DNA from: Spirochaetia bacterium
GTDB taxonomy: Bacteria; Spirochaetota; Spirochaetia; UBA9216
Direction: 5' to 3'
Length of the DNA stretch: 64,000 bases
Assembly: GCA_965140585.1 (NCBI GenBank)
Contig: OZ223269.1
Location: 320,001-384,000 of the forward strand
Below the pieces are notes generated by a model. The model was not told the DNA's origin and searched no databases. It saw only the letters and a list, made by a program, of their open reading frames with translations. Shown piece by piece: positions 9,906 through 19,482 of this stretch. Position numbers and translations under genes: made by a program. The number at the start of each line of letters is the position of its first letter. The stretch's first letter is position 1.

Positions 9906-10358
9906 TTAATCCTCTTTAATATAAAAGTAAATCTCTGTTATCAGATCTTCAGGCTTTGTATCTTCGGGTGAATTCATGTACTGCTCGTACATAGCTGTTT
10001 CAAAAACTATACCCTTAGTTTTCGCATATTCGCTGATTTTATCGTATGTTTCACTAAGATTTGCGTATGTACCCTTATGTGTTTCAATCAGCATCTTTCC
10101 TCCGGGTAGATATCCTGAATTTACATTACCTCCGTTTTTAAAGCTTCCTGAAACTGGAAAACCGGCCTCAATCTCCAGATTATCCATATCCATGTTGAAA
10201 TACATTGCGTAAGGTGCGCCTGTGAACTGAATATTCTGATTTTCAGCATATTCAGCTATCTCTCCATAAGCTTTTGCCAGAAACGCAGGTATTTCCTGCA
10301 TTGTTGTGATTCCTTTTACAGCCATAGTCGGCTGTTCTTCCTTCTGAATTATCTTCAT
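9906..10358 (-). CDS. GyrI-like small-molecule-binding protein
   Basis: GAPYAMY, EAGFPV, LPGG, HKGTY, YEQYMNSP..PEDLITEI; AAGGAG RBS. Confidence 0.88.
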   Translation of the reverse strand: MKIIQKEEQPTMAVKGITTMQEIPAFLAKAYGEIAEYAENQNIQFTGAPYAMYFNMDMDNLEIEAGFPVSGSFKNGGNVNSGYLPGGKMLIETHKGTYANLSETYDKISEYAKTKGIVFETAMYEQYMNSPEDTKPEDLITEIYFYIKED

Positions 10359-10404
10359 AATGGAACTCCTTTGTTTTAGCGATAATTCATTATTTCACCA
10401 TGTA

Positions 10405-10424
10405 TACGACAGCAGTATGTCGTA
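10405..10424 (-). promoter_or_regulatory. Palindrome TACGACA-N6-TGTCGTA, putative WYL (YafY/DriD-like) regulator site
   Basis: Perfect 7-6-7 inverted repeat, 10 bp upstream of a TG-n-AATAAT -10-like element of the GyrI gene. Confidence 0.6.
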
Positions 10425-10484
10425 ATTATTTTAAATATATTTTAACAAATCATTTCAGTATGCTGTGATAGAATCATAATTAAG

Positions 10485-11366
10485 ATGAGTAAAATAAAAT
10501 TTAATAATGATTTATGCAGAATATGCGGTTTGTGTGAAAAAGTATGTCCTAACAAAATTATTATAAGGACAGATTCAGGAATGACTACTAGAAATGACCA
10601 TGTTTTCTCCTGTTTCCAGTGCGGACAATGTATGGCTGTCTGTCCTGCCTGCGCTGTCGAGGTGGAAGGTTTAAATTATAATAGTGATTTTTTTGAACTC
10701 CCCAATGCTGCAGAAAGTAAAGAGCTGTTTAGTAATCTGATAAAAACAAGAAGATCAGTGCGTAATTTTCAAAAAAAGGCTGTACAGGAAGAGCATCTAA
10801 CAAAAATAGTTGAAGCAATAAGTCTTGCTCCACCGGGATTTCCTCCCCTAAGGTATGAGCTGACAGTAATCAATGATGCTGATCTGATGACTGAATGTAT
10901 ACCGCTAATGATAGAATTCTATGAAAAACTTGTAAAGCAGATGAAAAATCCGGTTATCAGATTTTTTATTAAAAACAGTGTCGGAAATCAGGCATTTTTA
11001 ACCATGAAGCAGCATCTTATTCCACTGCTTAAAATACGGCTTCCTGATTTAAAAAACGGAAATGAAAATACCTTAACAAGAGATGCTCCTGCAATGATAC
11101 TTTTTCATCAAAATAGAAATGAAGAGGACCTGACAGAAGATATTTTGATTGCTGCGACATTCGGAGTATTATCTGCACATTCATGGGGCCTTGGAGGCTC
11201 AATTATGAGTATAATACCACCTGCAGTTGATAGAAGTCCGGAACTTAGGAAATTATTTAAAATACCTGAACAGAATAAAGTTGTGTCATCACTTATCATG
11301 GGATATCCCAATATAAAATACCAGCGCGGGATAAAACGCGAAATAAAAAAAATAATAAGGCTGTAA
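10485..11366 (+). CDS. Nitroreductase family protein with N-terminal 2x[4Fe-4S] domain
   Basis: CRICGLCEKVCP, CFQCGQCMAVCP, RRSVRNF. Confidence 0.9.
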   Translation: MSKIKFNNDLCRICGLCEKVCPNKIIIRTDSGMTTRNDHVFSCFQCGQCMAVCPACAVEVEGLNYNSDFFELPNAAESKELFSNLIKTRRSVRNFQKKAVQEEHLTKIVEAISLAPPGFPPLRYELTVINDADLMTECIPLMIEFYEKLVKQMKNPVIRFFIKNSVGNQAFLTMKQHLIPLLKIRLPDLKNGNENTLTRDAPAMILFHQNRNEEDLTEDILIAATFGVLSAHSWGLGGSIMSIIPPAVDRSPELRKLFKIPEQNKVVSSLIMGYPNIKYQRGIKREIKKIIRL

Positions 11367-11376
11367 GTTTAAATCC

Positions 11377-12222
11377 ATGATAGATTCACCTGTGATATAT
11401 TATTTTTCAGGTACCGGAAATTCTCTCCATGTAGCAGAGCTGCTTAAGGCTAAACTTCCAAATTCAGATATAATCCCGGTAATCAAAGCATATTATGAAA
11501 GAAAATTTATATGCACATCAAATAAAGTTATCTTCGTTTTTCCATGTCACGGCCTGACTATTCCTATCCCGGTAAAGAAATTTATACAAAACCTTGAAAT
11601 TGATAAAGGATCATATATATCTTCAATAGTGACGAGGGGAGGCACAGTTTTTAAAGGTAATATCCTGCTTAAAAAATTATTAAACCGGAAAAGACTTAAA
11701 CTTAATTCCTCATTTCTAATCGATATGATATCCAATGATCCAAAATTCAAAAATTATTCACTTCCAGATATAGCCGATTTTAAAAACATTATGAAAAAGT
11801 CTGAGTCCAGTGTTTGGAATGCTGCTGAAATTATTGAATCTGGTAAGGATTATTCTGCCCCTGATACGGGTGTTTCATTCAGCCGGAACCGAATCCTTAA
11901 CACAATTCTTGAATTGTTAATCCCTTTTTTGACTCATAATATATCGCCAAAAGTCAGTAAATATTTTTATTATGATAAAAAGTGTACGGGTTGCGGAGTA
12001 TGTGAAAAGGTTTGCCCGTCATCAAAAATTATGATAATTAAAAATGAACCCGTATGGCAGAAAAAGATTACCTGCTATCTCTGTTATTCCTGTCTTAATT
12101 ACTGTCCCCAAAGCGCAGTACAGATTTATTCGAAAAAATGGATGAGATCATATACTGGTGAAAATCCCAGATATCATCATCCAGAATGCAATTTCGCAAA
12201 GATTGCAAAGCAGAAAGTATAG
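11377..12222 (+). CDS. EFR1-type flavodoxin-ferredoxin fusion
   Basis: YFSGTGNS, CTGCGVCEKVCP, CYLCYSCLNYCP, RYHHP. Confidence 0.88.
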   Translation: MIDSPVIYYFSGTGNSLHVAELLKAKLPNSDIIPVIKAYYERKFICTSNKVIFVFPCHGLTIPIPVKKFIQNLEIDKGSYISSIVTRGGTVFKGNILLKKLLNRKRLKLNSSFLIDMISNDPKFKNYSLPDIADFKNIMKKSESSVWNAAEIIESGKDYSAPDTGVSFSRNRILNTILELLIPFLTHNISPKVSKYFYYDKKCTGCGVCEKVCPSSKIMIIKNEPVWQKKITCYLCYSCLNYCPQSAVQIYSKKWMRSYTGENPRYHHPECNFAKIAKQKV

Positions 12223-12256
12223 CCTGTGGAGTATTATAGCTTCAGAGGGTAATAAA

Positions 12257-13030
12257 ATGTCAAAGGCCATATCAGATGAAATTAAGATAATAGATCTTAC
12301 ACCGGATAACATAGCAGACTATGGTGTCTGCGGATATAAGGATGTGAAAAAGCATCTTGAACTGAGGCGAAAAATTGACTGGGTGAAAAAATACTACCCT
12401 AAAGGACTCCGGATAAAAGCACTGATACATCAAGAGGGTGGATACCAGGGGATGATAGAATATATTCCCGGAGAATATGCACACAGACCGGTGAATGCTG
12501 AAGGCTACATGTTTATACACTGTCTCTTTGTAGGGTTTAAAAAAGAATACAAAGGCAGAGGTTATGCCTCTCTGCTTACTGAAGAATGTATTAAAGAAAG
12601 CCGTAATACCGGATATAAAGGCGTAGCTGCTGTGACCCGCATCGGTTCTTTTATGGCTGACAGCGGCGTTTTTATAAAAAACAATTTCAAAGCAGTAGCT
12701 TCCGTGAAGCCTGATTTTGAACTGCTTGTGAACAAATTTGATAATTCATATCCAAATCCTGACTTCCGGAAAATCCACCCAGAGAAGTTTGATAAGGGAT
12801 TTTATATTTTCAGATCAGCCCAGTGCCCCTACACAGTGAAGAATGTTGATGCCATCATAAAAGCAGCTGAAGATAAAAGGCTTAATCCGCAGCTGATAGA
12901 AATCAATTCACATGAAGAGGCTCAGAACTCTCCAAGCCCCTTCGGTGCATTCGGTATTATTCATAATGGAAAAATTCTTAGTTATCATCCTATAAGTGTT
13001 AAAAGGTTTGAAAACATAATTAATAAATAA
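12257..13030 (+). CDS. GNAT acetyltransferase with YoaP-like C-terminal domain
   Basis: IEYIPGEYA, FIHCLFV, KGRGYASLL, QCPY, AQNSPSPF; ATG at 12257 after GAGGG. Confidence 0.85.
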   Translation: MSKAISDEIKIIDLTPDNIADYGVCGYKDVKKHLELRRKIDWVKKYYPKGLRIKALIHQEGGYQGMIEYIPGEYAHRPVNAEGYMFIHCLFVGFKKEYKGRGYASLLTEECIKESRNTGYKGVAAVTRIGSFMADSGVFIKNNFKAVASVKPDFELLVNKFDNSYPNPDFRKIHPEKFDKGFYIFRSAQCPYTVKNVDAIIKAAEDKRLNPQLIEINSHEEAQNSPSPFGAFGIIHNGKILSYHPISVKRFENIINK

Positions 13031-13071
13031 ACAGCTGGACATGTCAATTAAAATCAATATAAATTAAAAAT

Positions 13072-14715
13072 ATGACTAATCCAAGTGCATATTTCTTAAA
13101 ATGTTATTCAGAAAGTCCGCTCGAAGTTCAGAAAAAAGCTTCGATTCTTGTAGTGATCAATTTTCTATTTATCATTCTTTCACTATTGCTGACACTGGCA
13201 ATGGCTTTAACCGGAGCGGTTGTGGCTATGGTTATGACCTCAGTTCTGGCTGTCTGCTGCTTATTTTTTCTTGTTCTGATTAAAAAAGGGAAATTTAAAA
13301 TAGCTGTAAATTTATTTCTTGCAGTATTCTTTTTAATAATTTTTGCAACAATCAAGTTTGATGCCTATGTAGATGTATATGAAACCTATGTGATTTCAGC
13401 ACTTGGGCTGTTTTTTCTCATTATCACCTGTCTTGTAGGATATTCTATATACCAGCCTGTTGCTGCAACGATATTAAATTGTGCAGCAATATCTGCAATT
13501 TATCTGGTTGATGTTCTTCCTTCACAGAAGGGACAAGTCGGTATTCTTGATGTTCAGAATCTGGTTACCTGTTATATAATAGTTATCGGCTCAGGCTTTA
13601 CAGCTGTTATGATACTCAGACTGCTTAAAACTCTTGTGAAGGATGCGGAAGATTCAAAGTCGGAAGTTCAGAAACATTTTGCAGAGTTTAATACAGGAGT
13701 TAAGGAAACATTTGAAATCTTCACCGGAATAGGTGAGGAGCTCAGGAGTTCCTCGGATACTTCGATTAATACGATTAGCAGAGTTTCATCAGATTTAAAC
13801 CGTATTAAAACCTCTGTAGAAGAATTGGAAACAAGCATATTTGAGATGTCAGGAGCAAATAAAAAATCTGTTGAATCGGTAGATTTTCTCAATTCAACCC
13901 TCGATAAATACAATCTTACCGTACAGACTACATCTTCTTCTGTAGAGCAGCTAATCGCCAATATTAATTCAATTTCATCAAATACAGCCTCACAGATGAA
14001 GGCAGTGGAGGCTTTGGTTTCCTCCTCGATGTCCGGTGAAGCAGAAATGGATGATTCTGTTGGACTGATTAACAGTATAGACAAGAGTTCATCTGATATG
14101 CTTGAAATGGTTCAGATTATTATGAGTATTGCTGATCGTACAAACTTACTGGCAATGAATGCGGCAATTGAAGCAGCCCATGCGGGAGAATCAGGTAAAG
14201 GTTTTGCAGTTGTCGCCGACGAAATAAGAAAACTGGCGGAAGAAACAGCTAAAAATTCCAGGAATATTTCTGAACGTTTATCAGAAAGTCTCTCTGCAGT
14301 CAGCAGGACTACTGAAGCCAGTCAGAGAGTAGGGCAGACATTTCACTTAATTACAGAAGAAATACGAAAGGTTTCATCGATGTTCAGGGAGGCTTCTGCA
14401 GGTATAGATGAGATGTCTCAGGGAACCGGTGCTATTCTGTCCGAAATTGAAGGAATAGTTGATAAATCGGCACTTGCCGATGAAGCTATGAAGAACCTTG
14501 AAAATATAAATGCACAAAACACAGAGAAGCTCGATGAGATAGTCAGCCGGGCAGAAAATGTAGCAGAAACCATATCTGATATAAAAAGAATTTTCACTGA
14601 TGCAGAAGCCCAGGCTGTGAGAGTCTCTGAAATAGGACAGGAAAATGTCAGTCAGCTTAACCGTTTCAGTAAAAAAATGAATTCACTCAATTCAGAAAAA
14701 AGGGCTCCGGCTTAA
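13072..14715 (+). CDS. Methyl-accepting chemotaxis protein with multi-TM sensor region
   Basis: About 6 N-terminal TM; [38 protein letters not shown]. Confidence 0.93.
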   Translation: MTNPSAYFLKCYSESPLEVQKKASILVVINFLFIILSLLLTLAMALTGAVVAMVMTSVLAVCCLFFLVLIKKGKFKIAVNLFLAVFFLIIFATIKFDAYVDVYETYVISALGLFFLIITCLVGYSIYQPVAATILNCAAISAIYLVDVLPSQKGQVGILDVQNLVTCYIIVIGSGFTAVMILRLLKTLVKDAEDSKSEVQKHFAEFNTGVKETFEIFTGIGEELRSSSDTSINTISRVSSDLNRIKTSVEELETSIFEMSGANKKSVESVDFLNSTLDKYNLTVQTTSSSVEQLIANINSISSNTASQMKAVEALVSSSMSGEAEMDDSVGLINSIDKSSSDMLEMVQIIMSIADRTNLLAMNAAIEAAHAGESGKGFAVVADEIRKLAEETAKNSRNISERLSESLSAVSRTTEASQRVGQTFHLITEEIRKVSSMFREASAGIDEMSQGTGAILSEIEGIVDKSALADEAMKNLENINAQNTEKLDEIVSRAENVAETISDIKRIFTDAEAQAVRVSEIGQENVSQLNRFSKKMNSLNSEKRAPA

Positions 14716-14735
14716 GCTGAGGCTCCAGCCGGAGC
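14704..14735. terminator. Hairpin between convergent MCP and transporter genes
   Basis: GCTCCGGCT...AGCCGGAGC inverted repeat. Confidence 0.5.
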
Positions 14736-14763
14736 AAAATGAAAAGGAATTATTAGGACGATG

Positions 14764-16047
14764 CTAATAGATACCTATAGCAACCAAAATTAAATAAAGT
14801 GCAAGGTTAATAAACGGCCAGCCAAGAAGGAAGTTGAAAATAGTTTTCCTGTGACCGTCATCATCAACACTTGCGACTACAAGACCGCCTGAACCGGAGA
14901 ACGGTGATACTGCAGTAGCCATTGCTCCTACTGCTACAGCTGCATAGCCGATACCGGGCACAAATCCGCCGGCTATTGCCAGTGCCGGAACCAGGGCAAA
15001 GAAAGTAGTGTTAACTACGAACCCGCTTACAAAAAGACTCATCACTCCTGCAATAAGTGCAAGCACTATTGGTACAATTGCAACCGGAACGCTTTCTCCA
15101 AGCCATGTTGATACCATCTCGATAGCTCCGGTTTTGCTGACTATTCCGATAAGTGTTCCCATACCGCAGAGAGTTGTAAGGGCGGAAAGAGGAACACGCT
15201 TAAAAGCTGCTTTTTCATCACCGACTTTAAGTACAGAAAGAACTACTGTACCGATGAAAGCGATCCAGACCAGGTATACACCACTGGCTATTTTCGTAGC
15301 AGCAGGGCTGTTCGGGAAAATTAGTCCAAGAAGCGGTGCTGCAACAAGAACTACTACAAAGCCGATGATAACAGCAAGATTTGCCTTCTGTTTCGACTCG
15401 AAGGGTTCAGGTTTTTCAAGAACCGGTGCTTCAATTTTATATCCCTTGAAAATTATATAAGCGGCAATAAATATTATTGTGAAAAGAAGTGTAATCTGAA
15501 AAAACGCATGGTTTCCGTAACTGTTCACTTCTTCAACTGAATGCCCACCTGCAGTCATGGCCATCTCCCTGAGGAAGATACCTGCAGTACTTATCGGTGA
15601 AAAACCTCCTGCACTGATACCAGATACACAGGATACAGCAGCAAGAATATTATTCATTCCTGTAACTTTGGCTATGGACAGACCGATAGGAATCATCATA
15701 ACAGTAGCGCCGTCTCCGGCTCCTATCGCAGCCATAATAAATGATAGAATGAACAGTACAATGGGAATTGCCCATGGCATGTTCCGGACAGCATAAACGA
15801 CCTTATCCGCAACTTTTCCAAGTGTTCCGTTAAGTACGGCAAAGCTGTAGAAAAGTGTAACAGAAAAAAGCAGCAGAAATAGTCTTGTTGGAAATACTCC
15901 CACTAAACCTCGTGGTGATTCGCCAAGGACAAAGACTCCGATAATATAGGCTGCAGCTATAGCCCACAGACCTATATTAGTTTTAGTTTTAGCTCCTAAT
16001 GCAATTACAGCAACAATTGCAATTAGACTGATGATGATAATCGACAT
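14764..16047 (-). CDS. MatC/SLC13 (DASS-like) carboxylate transporter
   Basis: About 12 TM; NIGLWAI, FPTRLF, FAVLNGTL, SPIS, SPFSGSGG; ATG at 16047 after AAGGGGG. Confidence 0.8.
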   Translation of the reverse strand: MSIIIISLIAIVAVIALGAKTKTNIGLWAIAAAYIIGVFVLGESPRGLVGVFPTRLFLLLFSVTLFYSFAVLNGTLGKVADKVVYAVRNMPWAIPIVLFILSFIMAAIGAGDGATVMMIPIGLSIAKVTGMNNILAAVSCVSGISAGGFSPISTAGIFLREMAMTAGGHSVEEVNSYGNHAFFQITLLFTIIFIAAYIIFKGYKIEAPVLEKPEPFESKQKANLAVIIGFVVVLVAAPLLGLIFPNSPAATKIASGVYLVWIAFIGTVVLSVLKVGDEKAAFKRVPLSALTTLCGMGTLIGIVSKTGAIEMVSTWLGESVPVAIVPIVLALIAGVMSLFVSGFVVNTTFFALVPALAIAGGFVPGIGYAAVAVGAMATAVSPFSGSGGLVVASVDDDGHRKTIFNFLLGWPFINLALYLILVAIGIY

Positions 16048-16073
16048 CACGCCCCCTTGAAAGTAAATATTTA

Positions 16074-16097
16074 AATGCCGGGTTCTCATCCGGCATT
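16074..16097 (-). terminator. Intra-operon stem-loop between GRE and transporter genes
   Basis: AATGCCGG-N8-CCGGCATT with only a weak U-tract. Confidence 0.5.
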
Positions 16098-16106
16098 ATA
16101 CCCTAG

Positions 16107-18494
16107 TTAAACCTGAGAGAATTCGGTTCGTTCTATAATTTCATCCTGCATTGGTTCGCCAAGTGCTGTAAAATAAGCACTGTATCCGGCAACTCTTACT
16201 ACAAGATCCTTATGCTTTTCAGGTTCGATCTTTGCAGCTATAAGATGATCTTTATCAACTATATTGAACTGCATATGTTTTCCGCCCTGGGCAAAATAAG
16301 TTTTAATCAGGTTCCCGAGTTTTACAAGATCAGCTTCTGTTTTAAGAGCTGATGGATGAAACTTCATATTTAGAAGAGTTGCCTGGTAGGTGTCCTGATT
16401 GATTTTCATTGCGCTCTTAAGAACGCCCGTAGGTCCTTTTCTGTCCATTCCATGCATCGGGGACATTGAGCCGTCGGCAAGAATCTCACCGCTCTTTCTT
16501 CCATCCGGAGTTGCTCCTGTAAGAAGCCCGCCGGGCTGGTGCGAGGTGATTGAAATAGCAGTTGTTACAGCACGTCCGCCGTAGTACGTAGGCATGGAAG
16601 CCAGCTTCTTCTCAATATGGTCATACAGCTCCGCGGCCAGTACGTCAACTTCGTCAATGTCATTACCGTATTTAGGTGCGTCAAGGAAGTGCTGTCGCAT
16701 TTCTTCGTAACCTTCCCAGTCAGCATCCAGCGCAGTGAGAAGTTCCTGCATCGTGTATTTCTTTTTATCAAACACAAGATGTTTAACTGCTGCCAGCGAA
16801 TCTGCCACGTTTATTGCGCCAATAGTACAGAGAACAAGTCCGTTTTCAAGCGGCATGGTTCTTCTAAGAATGTCTTTGCCTTCCTTGATTGCATCCTTCA
16901 TTAGTGATGATCTGAATGGATCAGGGAAGAGATCCTGTTCTGCTTTAAGTTCTATATTGCTTTTTTCTACCCCGAGTTCAAGAAGATAATCAAGCTGCTT
17001 GTAGAATGCATCCTTGTACAGATTGAAATCAGACATACCTGTTACATCTCCGGTTTCAATACCGACCATTTCTTCTGTTCCCTTGTTATATCCGTTGTGC
17101 ATGAAGATATCGTAGGCAAGTGCAATTATGAACATACCTACTGCAACTGTTCTTGCTTTAGCCGGTATATTTCCATCAAGACATCCTGTCATAATGTAAT
17201 TACGTGAGTCTTCCATGGACATTCCCTGATAGCGGAAGAAGTTGATGTAGGATTTATCTCCTACGAAGGCAGGCATTCCCATACCGGTTTTTACTACTTC
17301 AAGTGCCTTAACCATGAGGTCATCAGGTGTTTTGTCATGAATACGAAGTGTCAGAGTATGATGCGGAACTCTGGTTTCTTTTGCAGCATCAAGAAGGAGG
17401 TAGGTGAGCGGGTTGCTGGCATCATTTCCATCCTTATCCACGCCGCCGATAGTCCAGTTATGCCATTTTGCCATACCCGCATTTTTCTTTCTGTTCTGTT
17501 TTCCTGAAACCCTGTTAAGCTTCATATCCTTTATTCTAAGGTTCTCAAGCAGTTCGAGAATTTCGTCATTGTTTGTTACCCCGTTTTCTATATCCTTTTT
17601 GTAGAAAGGATACATAAACTGGTCGAAACGGGCACCCGCTGTTGTAGGTGAGGGTGATGCAAGCAGGAATGTGAACCAGAAAGACTGAATTGCTTCAAAG
17701 AAGCTTTCAGCAGGCTTGGCTGGAACTTTTCGGCAGGCTTCTGCAATTCTGAAAAGCTCTGCTTTTCTCTGCTTGTCATTTTCTTCAGCACCCATTTTTT
17801 CAGCGAGATCAGCATATCTTTCAGCAAGTTTTATTACTGCATGGTGAACTATAATAATAGATTTTAGAAAATCTACAGCTTCCTTGTCAGAATTACCCTT
17901 CGCTTCATGTTCTTTAAGTGCTGCTTCACAGTCAGCGATGATCTTTAGAGACCCGTCATTAAGCATTCTTTCAAAATCCATTCCGACAAGGAAGAAGCCA
18001 GGACCAAGGCCGAGGCCTGACTGTGCATATCCGCCGCCGCTTCCTTCTTTTCCCTTCCACGGAGGGAGGATCATTCCTGATTTCATAAAAGGCCAGAGTT
18101 TTTCATTCTTCATGAAAACAGCGCCCATTGCAGAAACGAGGTTGTAATCACCGAAGTTGGCATTTATTTCCTGAAGTTCTTTTTCATCTTCGGGGGTAAT
18201 GCTGTAGTTTTCGGATTTAAGCGAATCAACCTCATCCGGAGTCCATGTTCCGTATTCATAATCAATTTCAAGCCCGAATGGCTTGCTTGCACCTGCTCCG
18301 GCAAATAGATCGCCTTCTTCGATGAAAATTGTTATGTTTTCGAGGATGTTCTTCATAATCTGCGCACGACGCAGAACATTCGGCTGCCCCTCGGTTTCTG
18401 AAAGTGTCTTGGTTGCGATACGGAATTTTTCAATGCATAGCGGGTATTTATCGACATGCAGCTCATTCAGCATCTTTTCAATTCTTGGTGTCAT
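16107..18494 (-). CDS. Glycyl radical enzyme (PFL2-like superfamily), substrate unknown
   Basis: Gly loop LVVRVAGYSAYF, ATPDGRKSGEILADG, Cys loop MTGCLDG, RFDQFMYPFY, TIGG; ATG at 18494 after GGAGG. Confidence 0.93.
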   Translation of the reverse strand: MTPRIEKMLNELHVDKYPLCIEKFRIATKTLSETEGQPNVLRRAQIMKNILENITIFIEEGDLFAGAGASKPFGLEIDYEYGTWTPDEVDSLKSENYSITPEDEKELQEINANFGDYNLVSAMGAVFMKNEKLWPFMKSGMILPPWKGKEGSGGGYAQSGLGLGPGFFLVGMDFERMLNDGSLKIIADCEAALKEHEAKGNSDKEAVDFLKSIIIVHHAVIKLAERYADLAEKMGAEENDKQRKAELFRIAEACRKVPAKPAESFFEAIQSFWFTFLLASPSPTTAGARFDQFMYPFYKKDIENGVTNNDEILELLENLRIKDMKLNRVSGKQNRKKNAGMAKWHNWTIGGVDKDGNDASNPLTYLLLDAAKETRVPHHTLTLRIHDKTPDDLMVKALEVVKTGMGMPAFVGDKSYINFFRYQGMSMEDSRNYIMTGCLDGNIPAKARTVAVGMFIIALAYDIFMHNGYNKGTEEMVGIETGDVTGMSDFNLYKDAFYKQLDYLLELGVEKSNIELKAEQDLFPDPFRSSLMKDAIKEGKDILRRTMPLENGLVLCTIGAINVADSLAAVKHLVFDKKKYTMQELLTALDADWEGYEEMRQHFLDAPKYGNDIDEVDVLAAELYDHIEKKLASMPTYYGGRAVTTAISITSHQPGGLLTGATPDGRKSGEILADGSMSPMHGMDRKGPTGVLKSAMKINQDTYQATLLNMKFHPSALKTEADLVKLGNLIKTYFAQGGKHMQFNIVDKDHLIAAKIEPEKHKDLVVRVAGYSAYFTALGEPMQDEIIERTEFSQV

Positions 18495-18495
18495 T

Positions 18496-19434
18496 TTAGC
18501 CTCCAATCTGACTGATCAGGTTATACTGATCGAAAATAAATTTTACAGAATTCATATGTGCATCATCAGGCGGATCAGCCTCAAAGGAAGGAGCTTCTTT
18601 TTCAAGCTGTTCCCATTTTCCGATTCCCATTCGATGATAGGGAAGAAGACTGACCGGTGTGTCTTCACCCAGTTTCTCTTTGATGAATCGGGCTGTCTGA
18701 TTAAGATTTTCTGATGAATCGTTATATCCTGGTATAAGAGGGATACGAATATTGACAGGAATATTCAGTTCTTTCTTAATTTTAACTATGTTCTCAAGAA
18801 TCCTTTTATTTCCTACACCAGTACCGAATTTGTGTCCTTCGGAATCCATGTGCTTGAGATCATAAAGTACGAGATCGGCATCTTTTATAGTATCTTTTAC
18901 TACATCCCAGTCAGCATTTCCTGTAGTTTCTACTGCTGTTGATATGCCTGATTCTTTAAGCATAGCAAGCAGTGTCCGGGAGAATTCCGGCTGAAAAAGA
19001 ATTTCACCGCCGCTGAGAGTTACTCCTCCTCCTGAACCTTCGTAGAAAATCTTGTCAGATTCGACATCAGCAATAACCATGGCCGCTGTCATTTCCTTAC
19101 CGATTATACTTCTTGCTTCAGTAGGACAGACTGGTACGCAGGCTCCGCATGCAGTACACAGTGTGCGGTTTGTATGTATTTTATTATCTTCAAGAAAAAT
19201 AGCCTTTTCCGGACATACGCTGATGCAGGCCCCGCATGTGATGCATTTATCAGCATTAAAAGATAATACCGGTTTAATAGTATGAGATTCCGGGTTCTGG
19301 CACCATTTGCACCTTAATGAACAGCCGCTAAGAAATACAGTTGTTCTTATTCCGGGCCCATCATGAATAGAATAGTGCTGAATATCGAAAACCCAGCCCT
19401 TTATGTGTTGATCAGCCAATAGGTAAACCCTCAT
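18496..19434 (-). CDS. Glycyl-radical enzyme activating protein (radical SAM with 2x[4Fe-4S] insert)
   Basis: HDGPGIRTTVFLSGCSLRCKWCQNPES, CITCGACISVCP, CTACGACVPVCP, GGVTLSGGE, LLPYH. Confidence 0.95.
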   Translation of the reverse strand: MRVYLLADQHIKGWVFDIQHYSIHDGPGIRTTVFLSGCSLRCKWCQNPESHTIKPVLSFNADKCITCGACISVCPEKAIFLEDNKIHTNRTLCTACGACVPVCPTEARSIIGKEMTAAMVIADVESDKIFYEGSGGGVTLSGGEILFQPEFSRTLLAMLKESGISTAVETTGNADWDVVKDTIKDADLVLYDLKHMDSEGHKFGTGVGNKRILENIVKIKKELNIPVNIRIPLIPGYNDSSENLNQTARFIKEKLGEDTPVSLLPYHRMGIGKWEQLEKEAPSFEADPPDDAHMNSVKFIFDQYNLISQIGG

Positions 19435-19451
19435 TTATTTTGGTATAAGTG

Positions 19452-19482
19452 ATGGTAAACCTTACCACTGTGGGAAGGTCAA
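19452..19482 (-). promoter_or_regulatory. MerR-type promoter/operator TTGACC-19 bp-TACCAT with dyad ACCTTCCCAC-A-GTGGTAAGGT
   Basis: 19-bp spacer, near-perfect inverted repeat in the spacer, MerR gene immediately upstream. Confidence 0.85.

Noticed and set aside
16107-18494. Calling the GRE pyruvate formate-lyase, CutC or a diol dehydratase
   Set aside because: Single Cys rather than the Cys-Cys pair of PFL, no GCxE motif, and no BMC or aldehyde-processing genes nearby
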